A DNA stretch of 64,000 nt from Octopus sinensis (Eukaryota). Location of the stretch: assembly GCF_006345805.1 (NCBI RefSeq), contig NC_043026.1, positions 2,170,001-2,234,000 of the forward strand, read 5' to 3'. The position numbers and the translations under genes are program-made. The notes beneath the pieces are model-generated. The model made no database searches. It had not been told where the DNA came from and was given only the letters and a program-made list of their open reading frames with translations. Positions 13,475-26,520 of this stretch are shown one piece after another (positions within the stretch are counted from its first letter, which is position 1; each line of letters opens with the position of its first letter).

Positions 13475-14470
13475 GTTCAAGTCGGTGTTAAACAAGGCTG
13501 TGTCCTGGGACCTGTCCTCTTCAATGTGTTCCTTGTGACTGTGACCTCAACCCCGTAGATGGCATCCCCATTCGATATCTCCATGATGGCAGTCTCTTCA
13601 ACTTGAGGAGACTAAAATCACTAACAAAGACTTAGTCCACCACTCTCTTCGAATGCCGATGACTATGAAGCTCTCGGCCACGAACCAGCCAGCCTTCAGT
13701 AAAAACTAGACGCTGTGTGGCAACGCCTGTCGTCGGGCTGGACTCCAGGTCAACACCAAGAAAACAGAGATGCTTCAACGTTTCAAAAATGGTCCCCCCC
13801 ACCCTGTGACTCCTTCGATCCAAGACAACCAGCTAAAGAACACCGAGAAATTCACCTATTTCGGTAGCATCATCTCAGAATGGCATCCACCTCGCCTCTC
13901 CACCCAAATCCAGGTTTCTCGTGATGCTGTGCTTTCCACACTTCTGTTTGCCTCGCAAACCTGGACCCTTTGTCGTCGTTATGTCAAACACCTCGAACCC
14001 TTTCATGTCTGCTGTTTCCAGCGCATTCTTCATCTGACCTGGAAGGACAAGATCCCACATACGGAGATCCTGCGACGAGCGAAACTGACCAGCATCGAAT
14101 GCATGATCCTCGAACGTCAACTGCGCTGGGTAGAGCATGTTATCAGGATGTCGAAAAACCGTACCCAACATTGTCCTTTTGTCGGGGTGAGCAGAGGGTA
14201 ACCGACCGCACGGTGGTCCAAAGAAGCGATATAAAGATCATCTCAAGAAATCCCTGCAGCTCTGTAACATCCCCTCTGGTGAACTTGAAACATTGGCCAC
14301 AGACCGTACCACCTGGAGGGGTTAGGGTCAAAAGTGGTACGCAGCATTTTGAGGGTGAGCGGACTAGACTCCGCGAAGAAAAGCGGAGACAGATCAAGAA
14401 ACTTCAGCAAAATCCTAGACGAGCTCATCTTCGTCGGATCCCTCTTCGCTGCTCTCAGTGTAATCGGACA
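13475..14470 (+). mobile_element. 5'-truncated RTE-clade LINE (RT C-terminal half), decayed
   Basis: GVKQGCVLGPVLFNVFL, SLFNLRRLKS, GLQVNTKKTE, STLLFASQTW, QLRWVEHVIRM and a terminal CSQC knuckle, spread over shifting frames. Confidence 0.9.
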
Positions 14471-14971
14471 TGAACCTTAGTGGTCCGGTAAAGGCGACCG
14501 ATAGAATAAGTACCAAACTTTAAAAAAATAAGTTCAGGAGCCGATTTGTTCGAGTAAAAACCGCTGAAGCTTGTACCCCAGCATGGCCACAGTCAAATGG
14601 CTGAAACAACTAAGAGACAAATAGCTGACGCCGCTAAAGGCTTTACTTATTACGGGTGTAGGTTTAATTGGTTAAACATTTTGTTGTGTGCTTACTCTAC
14701 TAAATGTTATTCTGTACTTAACAATATATTCTCTGCGCAGAAGACATCCCTCAGATGTTTTCTCGGATTATTCTTTTATTCTTTTATTATTTTCAATGTT
14801 TCAATCATTTGACCGCGGTCATGCTGGAGCACCACCTTAAAGGGCCTTAGTCGAAGAACTCGACCCCAGGACTTACTCTATGTAAGCCTAATATTTAATC
14901 TACCAGTTTCTTTGGCCGAATCTCGAAGTTACGCCGACGTAAATAAATATAAACTAACATCGGTTGGGGGA

Positions 14972-15018
<47 letters not shown>

Positions 15019-15186
15019 TTTAAGGCAAGTCAACCTTCTCTCAATAAATAACTATATATCCATTCAAAACCAGTTGTTCTTCTATTAACTGTTGACAATA
15101 CCGATCTGCGCACATTCTGTTAAAATAAATCGGATCTGCGCAGACGCCAACAAATGGCGGCCATTTTTGTGATTGGGCAACATTTT

Positions 15187-16428
15187 CACCGTCACAAATT
15201 ATTAGGCAAGTATAATAAAAATGATAACAGTGTCAGAACAAACATTCATTTAATTCAACAGTGAAGGCTTAACAACAAAATTATTCATAAAGGATTTAAT
15301 GGTAAACACAATAATACGTTGGAATGAAAATAATCATGGGATTATGATGTCATACACCTCCTAATGTTTGATGTATGATCGTCCACATGCAATAACCTTC
15401 CTTACGCGCCGATCCATTGAATTTGTCAAGGTGATGATGTCCTCTTGTGTCATGCTTTGACCAGCATCTACAATAGCATCCCAGAGGGCAACTCTACTTG
15501 AAAACTGCTTCAGGACACTCCACAGGTTCTCGATTGGGTTTAAGTCAGGGGAACGAGGTGGCCACTCCACCAGACGACTTCCAGAGAAGCCTATTTGCTG
15601 CAGGTATTCCTCAGAATTCTTCACTGCATGAGACGATGCATTATCTTGCATGAGGACCAGCTTTCACTTGATTTTAATGTTTTGCCTTTTGAACCACGGT
15701 TGGAAATTGTCCTTTAAGAAGGTAACATGTTTACGATGTCATCTTAATGCCATCAGGATTTTCCATGGCCCGACCATCATACTACTAACGATGCCAGCCC
15801 AAAACATAACCCCACCTGTTGGTGTCTCAAACTATGTAGACGGTTCCCTCTGATTGACACCAAATCTGTATTCCAGCCATCTGGTCCGTCACGGGTAGAA
15901 CGGCATTCGTCAGTGAACAGAACTGCTGATAAGTCTATCTTCATGCATTCTTCTGCCCATTTCAAAGACTTCTCTACTTGTCAGACAAGGGTTCCGCACA
16001 ACTTCCCTTTTCGTACTATTCGAAGCAACCCTCGAATTACCCTTACCTCTCCTCGGCTAGACAAAAATTGGAGACTGAACAAATTTCTTCACTGTTCGGT
16101 GATCTCTTTCCAGTATTTTTGATATTTCTGTGGTTGTTTTTCCTTTTCTAAGATCTGACACGATGGTAGACTTCTCATTCCGGGTAAGATCACGTTCCTG
16201 ATCCACAACGCCGATTAAATTGGGCACCTGACTAATAATCCGGGACAGCAGAAATGTTGCTGCTACACGATTATGGTCACCGTTTATTTTCGTCTGCTCA
16301 GATCCGATATATTTTAACAGAATGTGCGAAGATTGCCAACAGTCAGTGAGAAAACAAAATGTTTTTGAACGAATATACATTTATTTATTGAAACAAGGCT
16401 GATTTGCCTAATAATGTGGGGCACAGTG
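15187..16428 (-). mobile_element. Tc1-like DD37E (TRT-like) DNA transposon with both ITRs, decayed
   Basis: ITRs caccgtcacaaattattaggcaag (15187) and the reverse complement of cactgtgccccacattattaggcaaa (16403-16428) flank a transposase pseudogene. Confidence 0.85.
15361..16206 (-). pseudogene. DD37E transposase pseudogene
   Basis: RDLTRNEKSTIV...ERDHRTVKKFV; LFTDECRSTRDGPDGW; MQDNASSHA...[15 protein letters not shown] with 37 residues between D and E; ends YIKH*; internal deletions and frameshifts. Confidence 0.9.
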
Positions 16429-16442
16429 TGTGTGTGTATGTG

Positions 16443-16489
<47 letters not shown>

Positions 16490-17871
16490 GACGGGCTTCT
16501 TTCAGTTTCCGTCTACCAAATCCACTCCTAGGGCTTTGATCAGCCCGAGGTGATATTAGAAGACACTTGCCCAAGGTACCACACAGTAGGACTGAACCTG
16601 AAACCATGTGGTTGGGAAGCAAGCTACTTACCACACAGCCACGCCAGTGCCTATGTTAAATTTCTTTGAACCACTTGAAGTTTTTTTAAATTCCCACCTG
16701 ATCATTTTCAAAACGTAGTTCTGATGTAGTTTTGAATGCTAATCGCATTTTTTAATCTTTTTACTTGTCTCACTCATTGGACTGCGGCCATGCTGGGGCA
16801 CCACCTCAAAGGGTTTGGTCGAACAACTCAATCCCAGTGCTTTTATCTTTATTTCCTTTTTTTTTTTAAGCCAAGTACTTATTCTATCGGTCTCTTTTGC
16901 CGAACCGCTTTATTACGGGGACGTAAAGAAACTATCACCGGTTGTCAAGCAGTGGTGGAAGACAAACACAAACACACACACACTTTTACGTGTTTCAGTC
17001 CTTTGACTGTGGCCATGCTGGGGCACCGCCTCCAGGAAGGTTTAGTCGAATGAAGTGACCTCAAGACTTATTTTTTTAAGTCTAGTACATTTTCCCGATA
17101 GGCGCAAAAGCCTGAAATTCCGAAGGTGGGGGGCTTATCGATTGCCTTTAGACCATTGCTCAATTGGTCTAAATGCCATCGGTACCGAAAGAATGAAAGG
17201 TGAAGTCGGGCTCAGTTAAAATGAACTCAATGTGTAAAGTTCTCTGTAATAACAAAGAAACACACCCAGGATTGTCACCGAACCATCTCCGGATAACAAT
17301 CACTCACTCACTCCATGTCCGCAATCAAGTTAAGAATCAATTTTAATTTGGAATCGTCTCCCTTCCTTTTCTTGACCAACATGTTCATTGGCATTAAAAG
17401 TCGTTTACATAATTTTTGTTACGGATGAGATCTTCAGACGAAACCGACAAGTTTGTTGGCACGCTACATTAAATATAGTGGCTCGCCCTATATTCTGTCC
17501 TTCACACACATATTTCTGTGTCAACTGCACTTTCACTTACACACGAACACACAATCCCAAACGTAGCTTACTCCAGTTACAGCTCTATTTACTTTTATTT
17601 ACCCTCTCATTCAACTCTTCTCTCTCTCTCTCTCTCTTTCCCTCTCTCTTAACTTCTCGCTGTAGCCCATCTCCCTCACCCTCTCTTTCTTGATCTCTCT
17701 CTCTCTCTCACTCCCTTTTTCTCTCTCTCAATATCCTATAGCGTCTCTTCCTGTGTCTCTCTCCTTGTTCATTCTCTCTCTCATTATTTTGTCTGAATAC
17801 TTTTGTCTATTTACGTTTTAGATTTGGTGATGCAACAGGAAAAATAGGACTAAAAACATGCATGTGTGTGT

Positions 17872-17912
<41 letters not shown>

Positions 17913-18121
17913 TGTGTCTGTGTGTGTGTCTGTGTGTGTGTGTGTATTGTTCTGGGAAGGTATGATCAGCAAAGATAGTTCTCCATCTGGTGAAAGATAA
18001 ATATTATTTAATAAACAAGGTATATATTTTTATATACTGTGTTTATTAAATCATATAAATATACATATTACTTGTTCGTGTACTTAAATTACATACATAC
18101 GTAAACGTAGACGCATATGTA

Positions 18122-18194
<73 letters not shown>

Positions 18195-18950
18195 GGAGCT
18201 GGCATGACTGCATGGTGAGAAACTCACTTCCCAACCACGTGGTATGGTTCCGGGTTCAGTCCCGTTGCGTGACACCTTGTGTAAGGACTGACCTGGCCAG
18301 CTCGAATTACATTGCGGGCCACTTTAATCACGTAAAGGTTTTTGAGGGCCGCTTTATGCACTAATAGTCAAATAATCAAATTACAGAATCAAGAATTTGG
18401 GATCTTTTCGGTTTAAAATTTTTTAGTTACCGAGGAATTATGTTAAAAACTGGCGTTCAAACAGAAAAGATCCAGAATTTGTCATACTTTTCGTTTGTCT
18501 AAAATTATAAAATTGAAGGTTTTTGCTTTAAATCTAAATTTATTTTGAGATATGTTTCACGCAAACAATTTTATTTTGAAATTAAACACAATACTTTAAG
18601 AAAGTATCAAGCGGGCCGCAAGATAAAAGTCTGCGGCCGCATGTGGCCCGCGGGCCTTAGGTTCGCCAGCCCTGTGCAAGAGTCTTCTACTGGGACCGAC
18701 CAAAGTTTTGTAGATGGATTTGGTAGAAAGTGAAATAAGCTCGTTGTGTGTGTGCGTGTGTGTGTGTGTTTGTTTGTGTGTGTGTGTGTGTGTGTGTCCT
18801 TCACCGTCTGACAACCGGTATTGGTGTGTTTTTATGTCCCTGTAGCTCAACGGTTCGGCAAAACGACTCGGATAGAATAACTATCAGGCTTTAAAATAAA
18901 ATAGCTTCTTCAAGGCGGTGTCCCAGCATGGCCGCAGTTTAACGACCGAA
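18195..18950 (+). mobile_element. SINE family A copy split by a nested insertion
   Basis: The head runs 18195-18285 and the SINE resumes at 18673 (tgcaagagtcttctact). Confidence 0.7.
18286..18672 (-). mobile_element. Non-autonomous hAT-type MITE nested in a SINE
   Basis: Right end is the reverse complement of CAGGGCTGGCGAACCTAAGGCCCGCGGGCCACATGCGGCC, a typical hAT MITE terminus; left end is degenerate (ctggccagctc...ttacattgcgggccac). Confidence 0.65.
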
Positions 18951-19604
18951 GCAGATAATATACAGACAGAGTTTTAGAAATTGCTGGAACAAGTAAATGC
19001 GTAGACTGACAGACTTACTTCGGAGAGTGAGATGCGCAGATTTGACAAACAACATTCGCAGATTCCACGTTACGAAAATAATTTTATGCACACATGAAGT
19101 TATCATCTCGAAAACAAAGTTAAAAATTGCGGCTCTAAGCAAAACCAGCCCCACCAGGATTTGAACTTAAAAAGACCCCGAAACAAATACCGCAAACCTG
19201 TTTTTCTGATGTTCTGCATGTCATACTCCTAGAATAGGGCGATAAAGTAAAGCGCCAGTCGAGGACCGGAGCCAAATCTGTCGACTAAACATCCTACATC
19301 GAAATTTCTTGTGTTTCTATCTTTCACTTGTTTCAGTCGTTAGACTGCGGCCATGCTGGAGCACCGCCTTGAAGAACTTTTGGTCGAATGAATCGACCTC
19401 ACTACTTTTTTTTTTCTGATTTTAGCTTGGTACTTATTCTATCAGTCTCTTTTGCCGAACCGGTAAGTTAAGGGGACGTAAACACACCAGCACCGGTTGT
19501 CAAACGATGGTGGGTGGGTGGGACCAAACAGACACAAAGACACAGACACACAAAGACACAGACACATAAACACACGTATATATATATACACACATATATA
19601 TATG

Positions 19605-19655
<51 letters not shown>

Positions 19656-19718
19656 ATATATATATACACACATATATATATGCATATATACTTTATTGAA
19701 AAGCAGCAGGAATATCAC

Positions 19719-19764
19719 AAAAACTGTTACTCAGAGTTTCACTTTCCGTTCGTCGGACAGTTTT
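19719..19764 (-). ncRNA. Hammerhead-like motif (CCGACGA core variant), same family as 8161
   Basis: Minus strand: aaaactgt-CCGACGA-acggaaagt-GAAA-ctc t gag-TA-acagtttt; perfect 8-bp stem I, weak stem II. Confidence 0.5.
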
Positions 19765-20079
19765 GTTTAGAACCAACACCATTTGTCAGGCGGTGGTGGT
19801 GGTGGTGGTGGTGGAGGAGACAAATACAGACACAGACACACATAGATATACACACACACATATGCACAGTAATCCCTCTACAATCGCGGGTGCTGCATTC
19901 TAAAAAAACCCGCGATAGGTGAAAATCTGCAAAGTAGAAACAGTACCGCATTGTATATTTTTTTAATTCTTTTTATAATTTGTATATATTTATTTTATTA
20001 TAAATACAAAACAACACCACGAAGGAATTGACCACAATATGGCGACGGATTATTGTATATATATATATATATATATAAA

Positions 20080-20396
20080 TAGAAATACAACAAGAGGCTT
20101 CCAAATAGGAAAGCCTTGTGCTAGAAAGAGCTGTAGAAAACTACCAATTAAGGATAAATTCCAGAAAGGAATGAAAATTAAAAACGTTTACCATCTCAGT
20201 TATTTCCCAGACCATGGTTTCTAACTATTTCCAGCAAAAAAATATTTGCTGAAGGTCAGTTTTCATCAGTGGGAAAGCCTTTGCATTTCAAATGTACCCA
20301 CAGCCAGATCCACATGTGAAACTAACTGGTGGTTTGAGTTTTCTACTGCTCTTTCTAGCACAAGGCTTTCCTATTTGGAAGCCTCTTGTATTTCTA
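20080..20396. repeat. ~60-bp inverted repeats around a ~195-bp spacer
   Basis: 20080-20142 matches the reverse complement of 20337-20396 with one 3-bp indel and one mismatch; the left end abuts (TA)n. Confidence 0.8.
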
Positions 20397-20481
20397 TGTG
20401 AATAATATATAGTCTAATGACTAATTCGTTTTTGTGCTAGGCCACTGGTAATAATAATTTCTTATTACCCTGTTGTTTTAT

Positions 20482-20886
20482 AGGAGTGGCTGTGTGGTAA
20501 GTAGCTTGCTAACCAGCCACATGGTTCCGGGTTCAGTCCCACTGTGTGGCATCTTGGGCAAGTGTCTTCTGCTATAGCCCCGGGCCGACCACAATGCCTT
20601 GTGAGTGGATTTGGTAGACGGAAACTGAAAGAGGCCTGTCGTATATATGTATACATATATGTATGTGTGTGTATGTTTGTGTGTCTGTGTTTGTCTCCCT
20701 AGCATTGCTTGACAACCGATGCTGGTGTGTTTATGTCCCCGTTACTTAGCGATTCGGCAAAAGAGACCGATAGAATAAGTCCTGGGCTTACAAAAGAATA
20801 AGTCCCGGGGTCGAGTTGCTCGATTAAAGGCGGTGCTCCAGCATGACCGCAGTCAAATGACTGATACAAGTAAAAGAGTAAAAGAG
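20482..20886 (+). mobile_element. SINE family A, full length, young subfamily
   Basis: Near identical to the copies at 23895, 32808, 42137 and 56325. Confidence 0.9.
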
Positions 20887-21046
20887 GCGCAATGGCCTAG
20901 TGGTTAGGGCAGCGGACTCGCGGTCGCAGGATCGCGGTTTCGATTCTCAGACCGGGCGTTGTGTGTGTTTATTGAGCGAAAAACACCTAAAAGCTCTACG
21001 AGGCTCCGGCAGGGGGTGGTGATCCCTGCTGTACTCTTTCACCACA
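20886..21046 (+). mobile_element. SINE family B, 5' part, fused directly to the family A tail
   Basis: gtaaaagag|gcgcaatggcctagtggttagggcagcggactcgcggtc...ggtttcgattc. Confidence 0.8.
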
Positions 21047-21152
21047 ATGGCGGTGCCCCAGCATGGCCACAGCTCAAGAGCTGAAACTGGAAAAACAAAA
21101 ACAAAACAAAAACGATATATATTATGTATGTATGTATGTGCGTATGTGTGAA

Positions 21153-21880
21153 GGCGCGTGGCTTAGTGGTTATGGGCTCACGATCGTAAAGTCGTGAGTT
21201 CAATTCCCCGCAACACGTTGCGTCCTTGAGCAAGATACTTTATTTCACGTTGCCCCAGTCCGTTCAGCTGGCAAAAATGAGTAGTACCTGTATTTCAAAG
21301 GGTCAGCCTTGTCACACTCTGTGTCACGCTGGATCTCCCCGAGAACTACGTATTTTGGGTAAACGTGTTTGTGAAGTGTTCAGCCACTTGCACGTTAATT
21401 TCACTAGAAAGCTGTTTCGTTGATCGTATCAGCTGGGACCCTCATCGTCGCAACCGACGGAGTGCTCCTTTTAAAGTGGAGGCGCAATAGCCCAGTGGTT
21501 AGGGCAGCGGACTCGCGGTCGGAGGATCGCGGTTTCGATTCCCAGACCGGGCATTGTGAGAGTTTCTGTTTCTGTTGTACCTGTATTTCAAAGGGTCAGC
21601 CTTGTCACACTGTGCCATGCTGAATCTCCTCAAGGACTACGTTACGGGTACACGTGTCTGTGGAGTGCTCAGCCACTTGCACGTTAATAAATGAGCTGCG
21701 ACGTCACAGGTGCCAAGCTGTATCGGCCCCTTTACCTTTCCCTTGGATAACATCGGTGGCCTGAAGAGGAGAGGCTGATATGCATGGGTGACCGTTGGCC
21801 TTCCATAAACAACCTTGCCCAGACCCTCGGAGGGTAACTTTCTAGGTGCAATCCCATGGTCATTCATGACCGAAGGAGGT
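21153..21880 (+). mobile_element. tRNA-derived SINE, family C, interrupted by a family B head and an internal duplication
   Basis: Head ggcgcgtggcttagtggtta...gagttcaattccc; segment 21285-21400 is repeated at 21575-21690; a family B head sits at 21480-21560. Confidence 0.65.
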
Positions 21881-22204
21881 CAAGAACAAGAATGTATGTA
21901 TGTATGTATGTATACGATGGGCTTCTTTCAGTTTCTGTCTACCAAATCACAAGGCTTCGGTCGGTCCGAAGCTATAATAGAAGAAACCTGCCTGAGGTGT
22001 CATGCAGTGGGACTGAACCCCAAACCAAGTGATTCGGAAGCAAACTTCTTATCACACAGTCACAATAAATGACTCCCAAACGAAGAAAGACAAATTTGAC
22101 CTTGGCTGGATTTGAAATCAGAACCCATTGATCTTAGAGAAATGGCGCAAAGTATTTTGTTCTCATGCTTCTGCCAGTCCACCGCCCTACTAATAACGTA
22201 TACA

Positions 22205-22340
22205 CACTAGCATAGCTGGGGGGGGGGACGCCTCGGGTGTCACTTTTGGGTCTGCTGTAGGCAATATCATTTTTGTGAGGTCCGGGGGGCGGTAAACGGA
22301 AGGGCTGTCACGGGCAGCACAGACTCTAGCTACGCTAGTG
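22205..22340. mobile_element. 136-bp MITE with 13-bp ITRs
   Basis: CACTAGCATAGCT...AGCTACGCTAGTG (12/13 match); flanks cgtataca and ctaataca look like a decayed 8-bp TSD. Confidence 0.6.
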
Positions 22341-22504
22341 CTAATACAAGTTTAAGGCGTAGGGCCAGTGATTTTGATGGGAAGGTCGGGTTAGTGGAAT
22401 ACATCGGATGTCGTCCATGATTGTTACTTTATTTTAGCAGCCCTAGAAAGATAAAAGGCAAAGTTGAGATGCAGATACCGCCAAGATTAACTTCTCTGGG
22501 GGAT

Positions 22505-22506
22505 CC

Positions 22507-22558
<52 letters not shown>

Positions 22559-22575
22559 GCCTGTCTGTCAGTCTG

Positions 22576-22623
<48 letters not shown>

Positions 22624-22647
22624 CCTACCTACTTATCTTTCTAACTA

Positions 22648-22722
<75 letters not shown>

Positions 22723-22790
22723 ACGTCTATAATATATCTACCTAATTATATATGTTCCTATCTCTCTACCTGCTTATTTAATTCTTTTAC

Positions 22791-22837
<47 letters not shown>

Positions 22838-22865
22838 CCTGTCTGTCTGTCTGTCTGTCTGTCTG
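22505..22865 (+). repeat. Compound (ATCT)/(GTCT)/(CTTT) microsatellite
   Basis: Direct reading. Confidence 0.9.
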
Positions 22866-23423
22866 TATGTAAGTATGGATGTAAGTATGGATGTATGTAT
22901 GGTTCAAATTTACAGAAAACAAAAGAGAGAGAGAGAGGTAATGGGGAAAGAAGCCGATGTATCAGTTTGACACTTGGGAAAAAATGGAAAAAGTCAAACT
23001 AATCTACTTTTGAGACAAGAGTTGGCTAAGTGGATTATGTCGAACAACAGTACTTGACTGCCACTTTATTTTAGCGACCCTAGAAGGATGAGAGGTAACT
23101 TTGAGATGCAGATCCCGTCCAGTTCATCTCGCTAGGATCTACATCTCTCTTTCTCTCTCTCTCTTCCTCCCCCTCTCTCTCTCTTCCTCTTTCTCTCTCT
23201 CTTCCTCCCCCTCTCTCTCCGTCTTTCTTTATATCTCCATCTATCTGTCATACTAATCTACTTTTGAGGTGAGATTAATGGATTACATCGAACAGTACTT
23301 GGCTAGTACTTTATTTTATCGACCCTGGGGAGATGAAAAGTAAAGTCGATCTCAGCGGGATCTGCATCTCTCGCTCTCTCCCCCTCTCTCGTCGTTCTCT
23401 ATCTCTCTCTCTCTCTCTATCTA

Positions 23424-23490
<67 letters not shown>

Positions 23491-23620
23491 ATATATATAT
23501 ATATACACATATATATATCTGTCTGTCTGTCTTGTCTCTCTACCCGACTTCTCTTCTCTCTATTTACGCATCTTACATAACTATCTGCGTACATATCAAC
23601 ATTCTGCCTGCGTTTCTCCT

Positions 23621-23659
<39 letters not shown>

Positions 23660-23894
23660 CCCTTCCTTCCTCATCTTCCTCTCCCTTTCTCTCTCTCTCC
23701 CTGTCTCTCTCATACACACATACACACACACACACACACACATCAGCAAATACATGTGTTTGTAGGAAAACGTGTTCTGCTGTATTCACCTTTCCTTCCG
23801 CTACCCTTTTGTCACTCACATCACGAACAACACCTTACAATTTGCTTCCTCAAGAAAAAAATATATATATACACACATATATATATATAGGTCC

Positions 23895-24283
23895 AGGAGT
23901 GGCTGTGTGGTAAGTAGCTTGCTAACCAACCACATGGTTCCGGGTTCAGTCCCACTGCGTGGCATCTTGGGCAAGTGTCTTCTGCTATAGCCCCGGGCCG
24001 ACCAATGCCTTGTGAGTGGATTTGGTAGACGGAAACTGAAAGAAGCCTGTCGTATATATATGTGTATGTGTGTGTGTGTGTTTGTGTTTGTCCCCCTAGC
24101 ATTGCTTGACAACCGATGCTGGTGTGTTTACGTCCCCGTCACTTAGCGGTTCGGCAAAAAGAGACCGATAGAATAAGTACTGGGCTTACAAAGAATAAGT
24201 CCCGGGGTCGATTTGCTCGACTAAAGGCGGTGCTCCAGCATGGCCGCAGTCAAATGACTGAAACAAGTAAAAGAGTAAAAGAG
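23895..24283 (+). mobile_element. SINE family A, full length
   Basis: Complete head, centre and (gtaaaaga)n tail. Confidence 0.9.
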
Positions 24284-24350
24284 TATACACACATATATAC
24301 ACACGTGCGCACACACACACACACACATATACAAAGACAGACAGACAGAC

Positions 24351-24407
<57 letters not shown>

Positions 24408-24446
24408 TAATGTAATATGTTGTTATATATTCTATATTATATTATA

Positions 24447-24839
24447 CTAGCAGTATCGCCCGGCGTTGCTCGGGTTTGTAAGGGAAATAACTATACAGCA
24501 TTTTTTAGAGAGTTATAGCCAAAAAATAGCAAAAAATGCATTAAAAATGGAAAAAATATGATGGTAAATTTTTTTTTAATCGTTGACTCATCGTAGACAT
24601 TTTTAGAGAGTTACTTCCCTTTAAAAAAATATGCATGAAAATGGGAAAAAATGATGATAAATTATTTTAAAAATCGTAGTCTCATCGTAGACGCGCGCTA
24701 ATACCCAGAAGGGCTCGATATGAATCACGACTATAAGATACCCGGTTTTGGTTAAACTACACCGCAAAATGTGGGAGTAGTTAGGAATCTAAATCGAAGG
24801 GGACAGACACTCACACAACTACAGTTTTATATATATAGA
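24447..24839 (-). mobile_element. Non-autonomous Helitron
   Basis: Minus strand: A|TCTATATATATAAAACTG...CCCGAGCAACGCCGGG-CGATACTG-CTAG|T, i.e. 5' TC, 3' hairpin plus CTAG, AT target and no TSD. Confidence 0.9.
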
Positions 24840-24844
24840 TGGAT

Positions 24845-25022
24845 GTTTTTACTGTACTTAAGAAATCTGGAAGCCACAGGCTTGAGAAGAGAATAATTTT
24901 GAAGCAGATGTGTTGGGGTGGTCATGTCAGGATGGAAGATGGAAGTCTACCCAAACAAATATTTTATGGGAAGTTGACCAGAGGGAAAAGACCTCAGCAC
25001 AAACCTAGAAAGCGGATCAAGG
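24845..25022 (+). mobile_element. RTE LINE fragment
   Basis: QMCWGGHVRMEDGSLPKQIFYGKLTRGKRPQHKPRKRIKD. Confidence 0.8.
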
Positions 25023-25266
25023 ATATACATACATACAAACACACAGATATACATGGACACACACGTGTGTGTGTGTGTGTTTATGATTTACATATACACG
25101 ACAAGCTTAAAATGCAGTTTACTACTTTTAAGAAGAAGCGAAAGTAAATTGCCGTAAAAATAATACAAATGCCAACAGAAATCGGACGACGACGCAAACA
25201 AGATGTGACATGACCAATGCATAGAACATATTTAATATAAGATGAAAGCTGTACATTTATTTAATA

Positions 25267-25561
25267 CTAGCAGTATTGCCCGGCGTTGCTCGGGTTTGTA
25301 AGGGAAATAACTATATAAGCATTTTAGAGAGTTACTTCCCTTATATAATAGCAAAAAAATGCATTAAAAATGGGAAAAAATTATGGTAATTTTTTTTTAA
25401 ATCGTAGACTCATCGTAGACGCGCGCTAATACCCAGAAGGGCTCGATATGAATCACGACTATAAGATACCCGAATTTGGTTAAACTGCACCGCAAAATGT
25501 GGGAGTAGTTAGGAATCTAAATCGAAGGGGACAGACAGCACACAACTTTTATATATAAAGA
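25267..25561 (-). mobile_element. Non-autonomous Helitron (shortest variant)
   Basis: Same termini and body as the copy at 24447. Confidence 0.9.
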
Positions 25562-25579
25562 TAAGATGAAAACAATCAA

Positions 25580-26360
25580 ATTTCTAAGTGATGGTCGCTG
25601 TTGGGTATAGTAGTTGCTTCTTCTGAAATATTTCACATATCACCAGAAGCCACCATTTTCTGGGGTGCCAGTGGATGTGACATAACGAGGGAGTTTTTCA
25701 TGTTCTTTCCATTAAATTTTTGTCTGTTACTATCGTCATTTCCAGTTTATAACACAATTTACTTGCACCCTTTGTTTTTTTACGACCCTAAACTGCACGG
25801 TAACCCACGACAAAACACTCGACCTCTTCAGAGCCAACGAACATCCGTGCACATAATAAACTTTCAAAAACTTTGTTCCCATCTCTTCACAAATATAAGC
25901 GAATAACTTATGTTTTAAGAGGTCTACTTTTACCATAATCGACCATTTGAACAACTTTTTCCAGAACTACTTTCAGTTTACTTCCAGCTCTTTTCACAAT
26001 TAGAGTTTCGTCAAGTAGAAAAGCAAAGAGTGCTAAGAATGTACAAGTTCCTTCTTCTTTATCTGCCAAAGCAAAATAATTTCTTAATGAAGCAACAGGC
26101 GATGGCAGCAAACCACCTGTAAACTGTCTAACTAGTCCTACGCAATTTATCTACGCAAGTAGCTAGAAAAACGGAGCGTTTTAGGTTCGAACTACGCCAT
26201 CCCCGCACTTCTGTGCTCTTATAATTGCTGTCAAACATTTATCTTTATTTTCCTTTCTTTTTTTCTTTTCAAACTAGACGGTTAACTATTGGCCCTTTTT
26301 AATAATTGAGAAACCCCTCAGACGAAATCTGACTAGGTCTTTGGTATCGTTGCAAATTGT
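25580..26360 (-). pseudogene. hAT (Charlie/Buster-like) transposase remnant
   Basis: LKVVLEKVVQMVDYGKSRPLKT followed by KLFAYICEEMG across a frameshift, resembling LxxVVKIVNFIKSRPL..RLF..LCEEMG; upstream PSSLKR resembles the BED-region PSKLKRH. Confidence 0.7.
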
Positions 26361-26489
26361 TTTCCTGTCTAAAATTTCGGATACCTCTTTTTAAGCCCGG
26401 AACTTAGTCTATCGGTCCTTAATGCCGAACCGCTTGGTTACGAGGACATAAACACACCAACACTGGTTGTCAAACGGTGGTGGGGTCAA

Positions 26490-26520
<31 letters not shown>

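Noticed and set aside
20225-20270. CTGATGA on the minus strand within the inverted-repeat spacer
   Set aside because: No convincing GAAA, stem III or stem I pairing.
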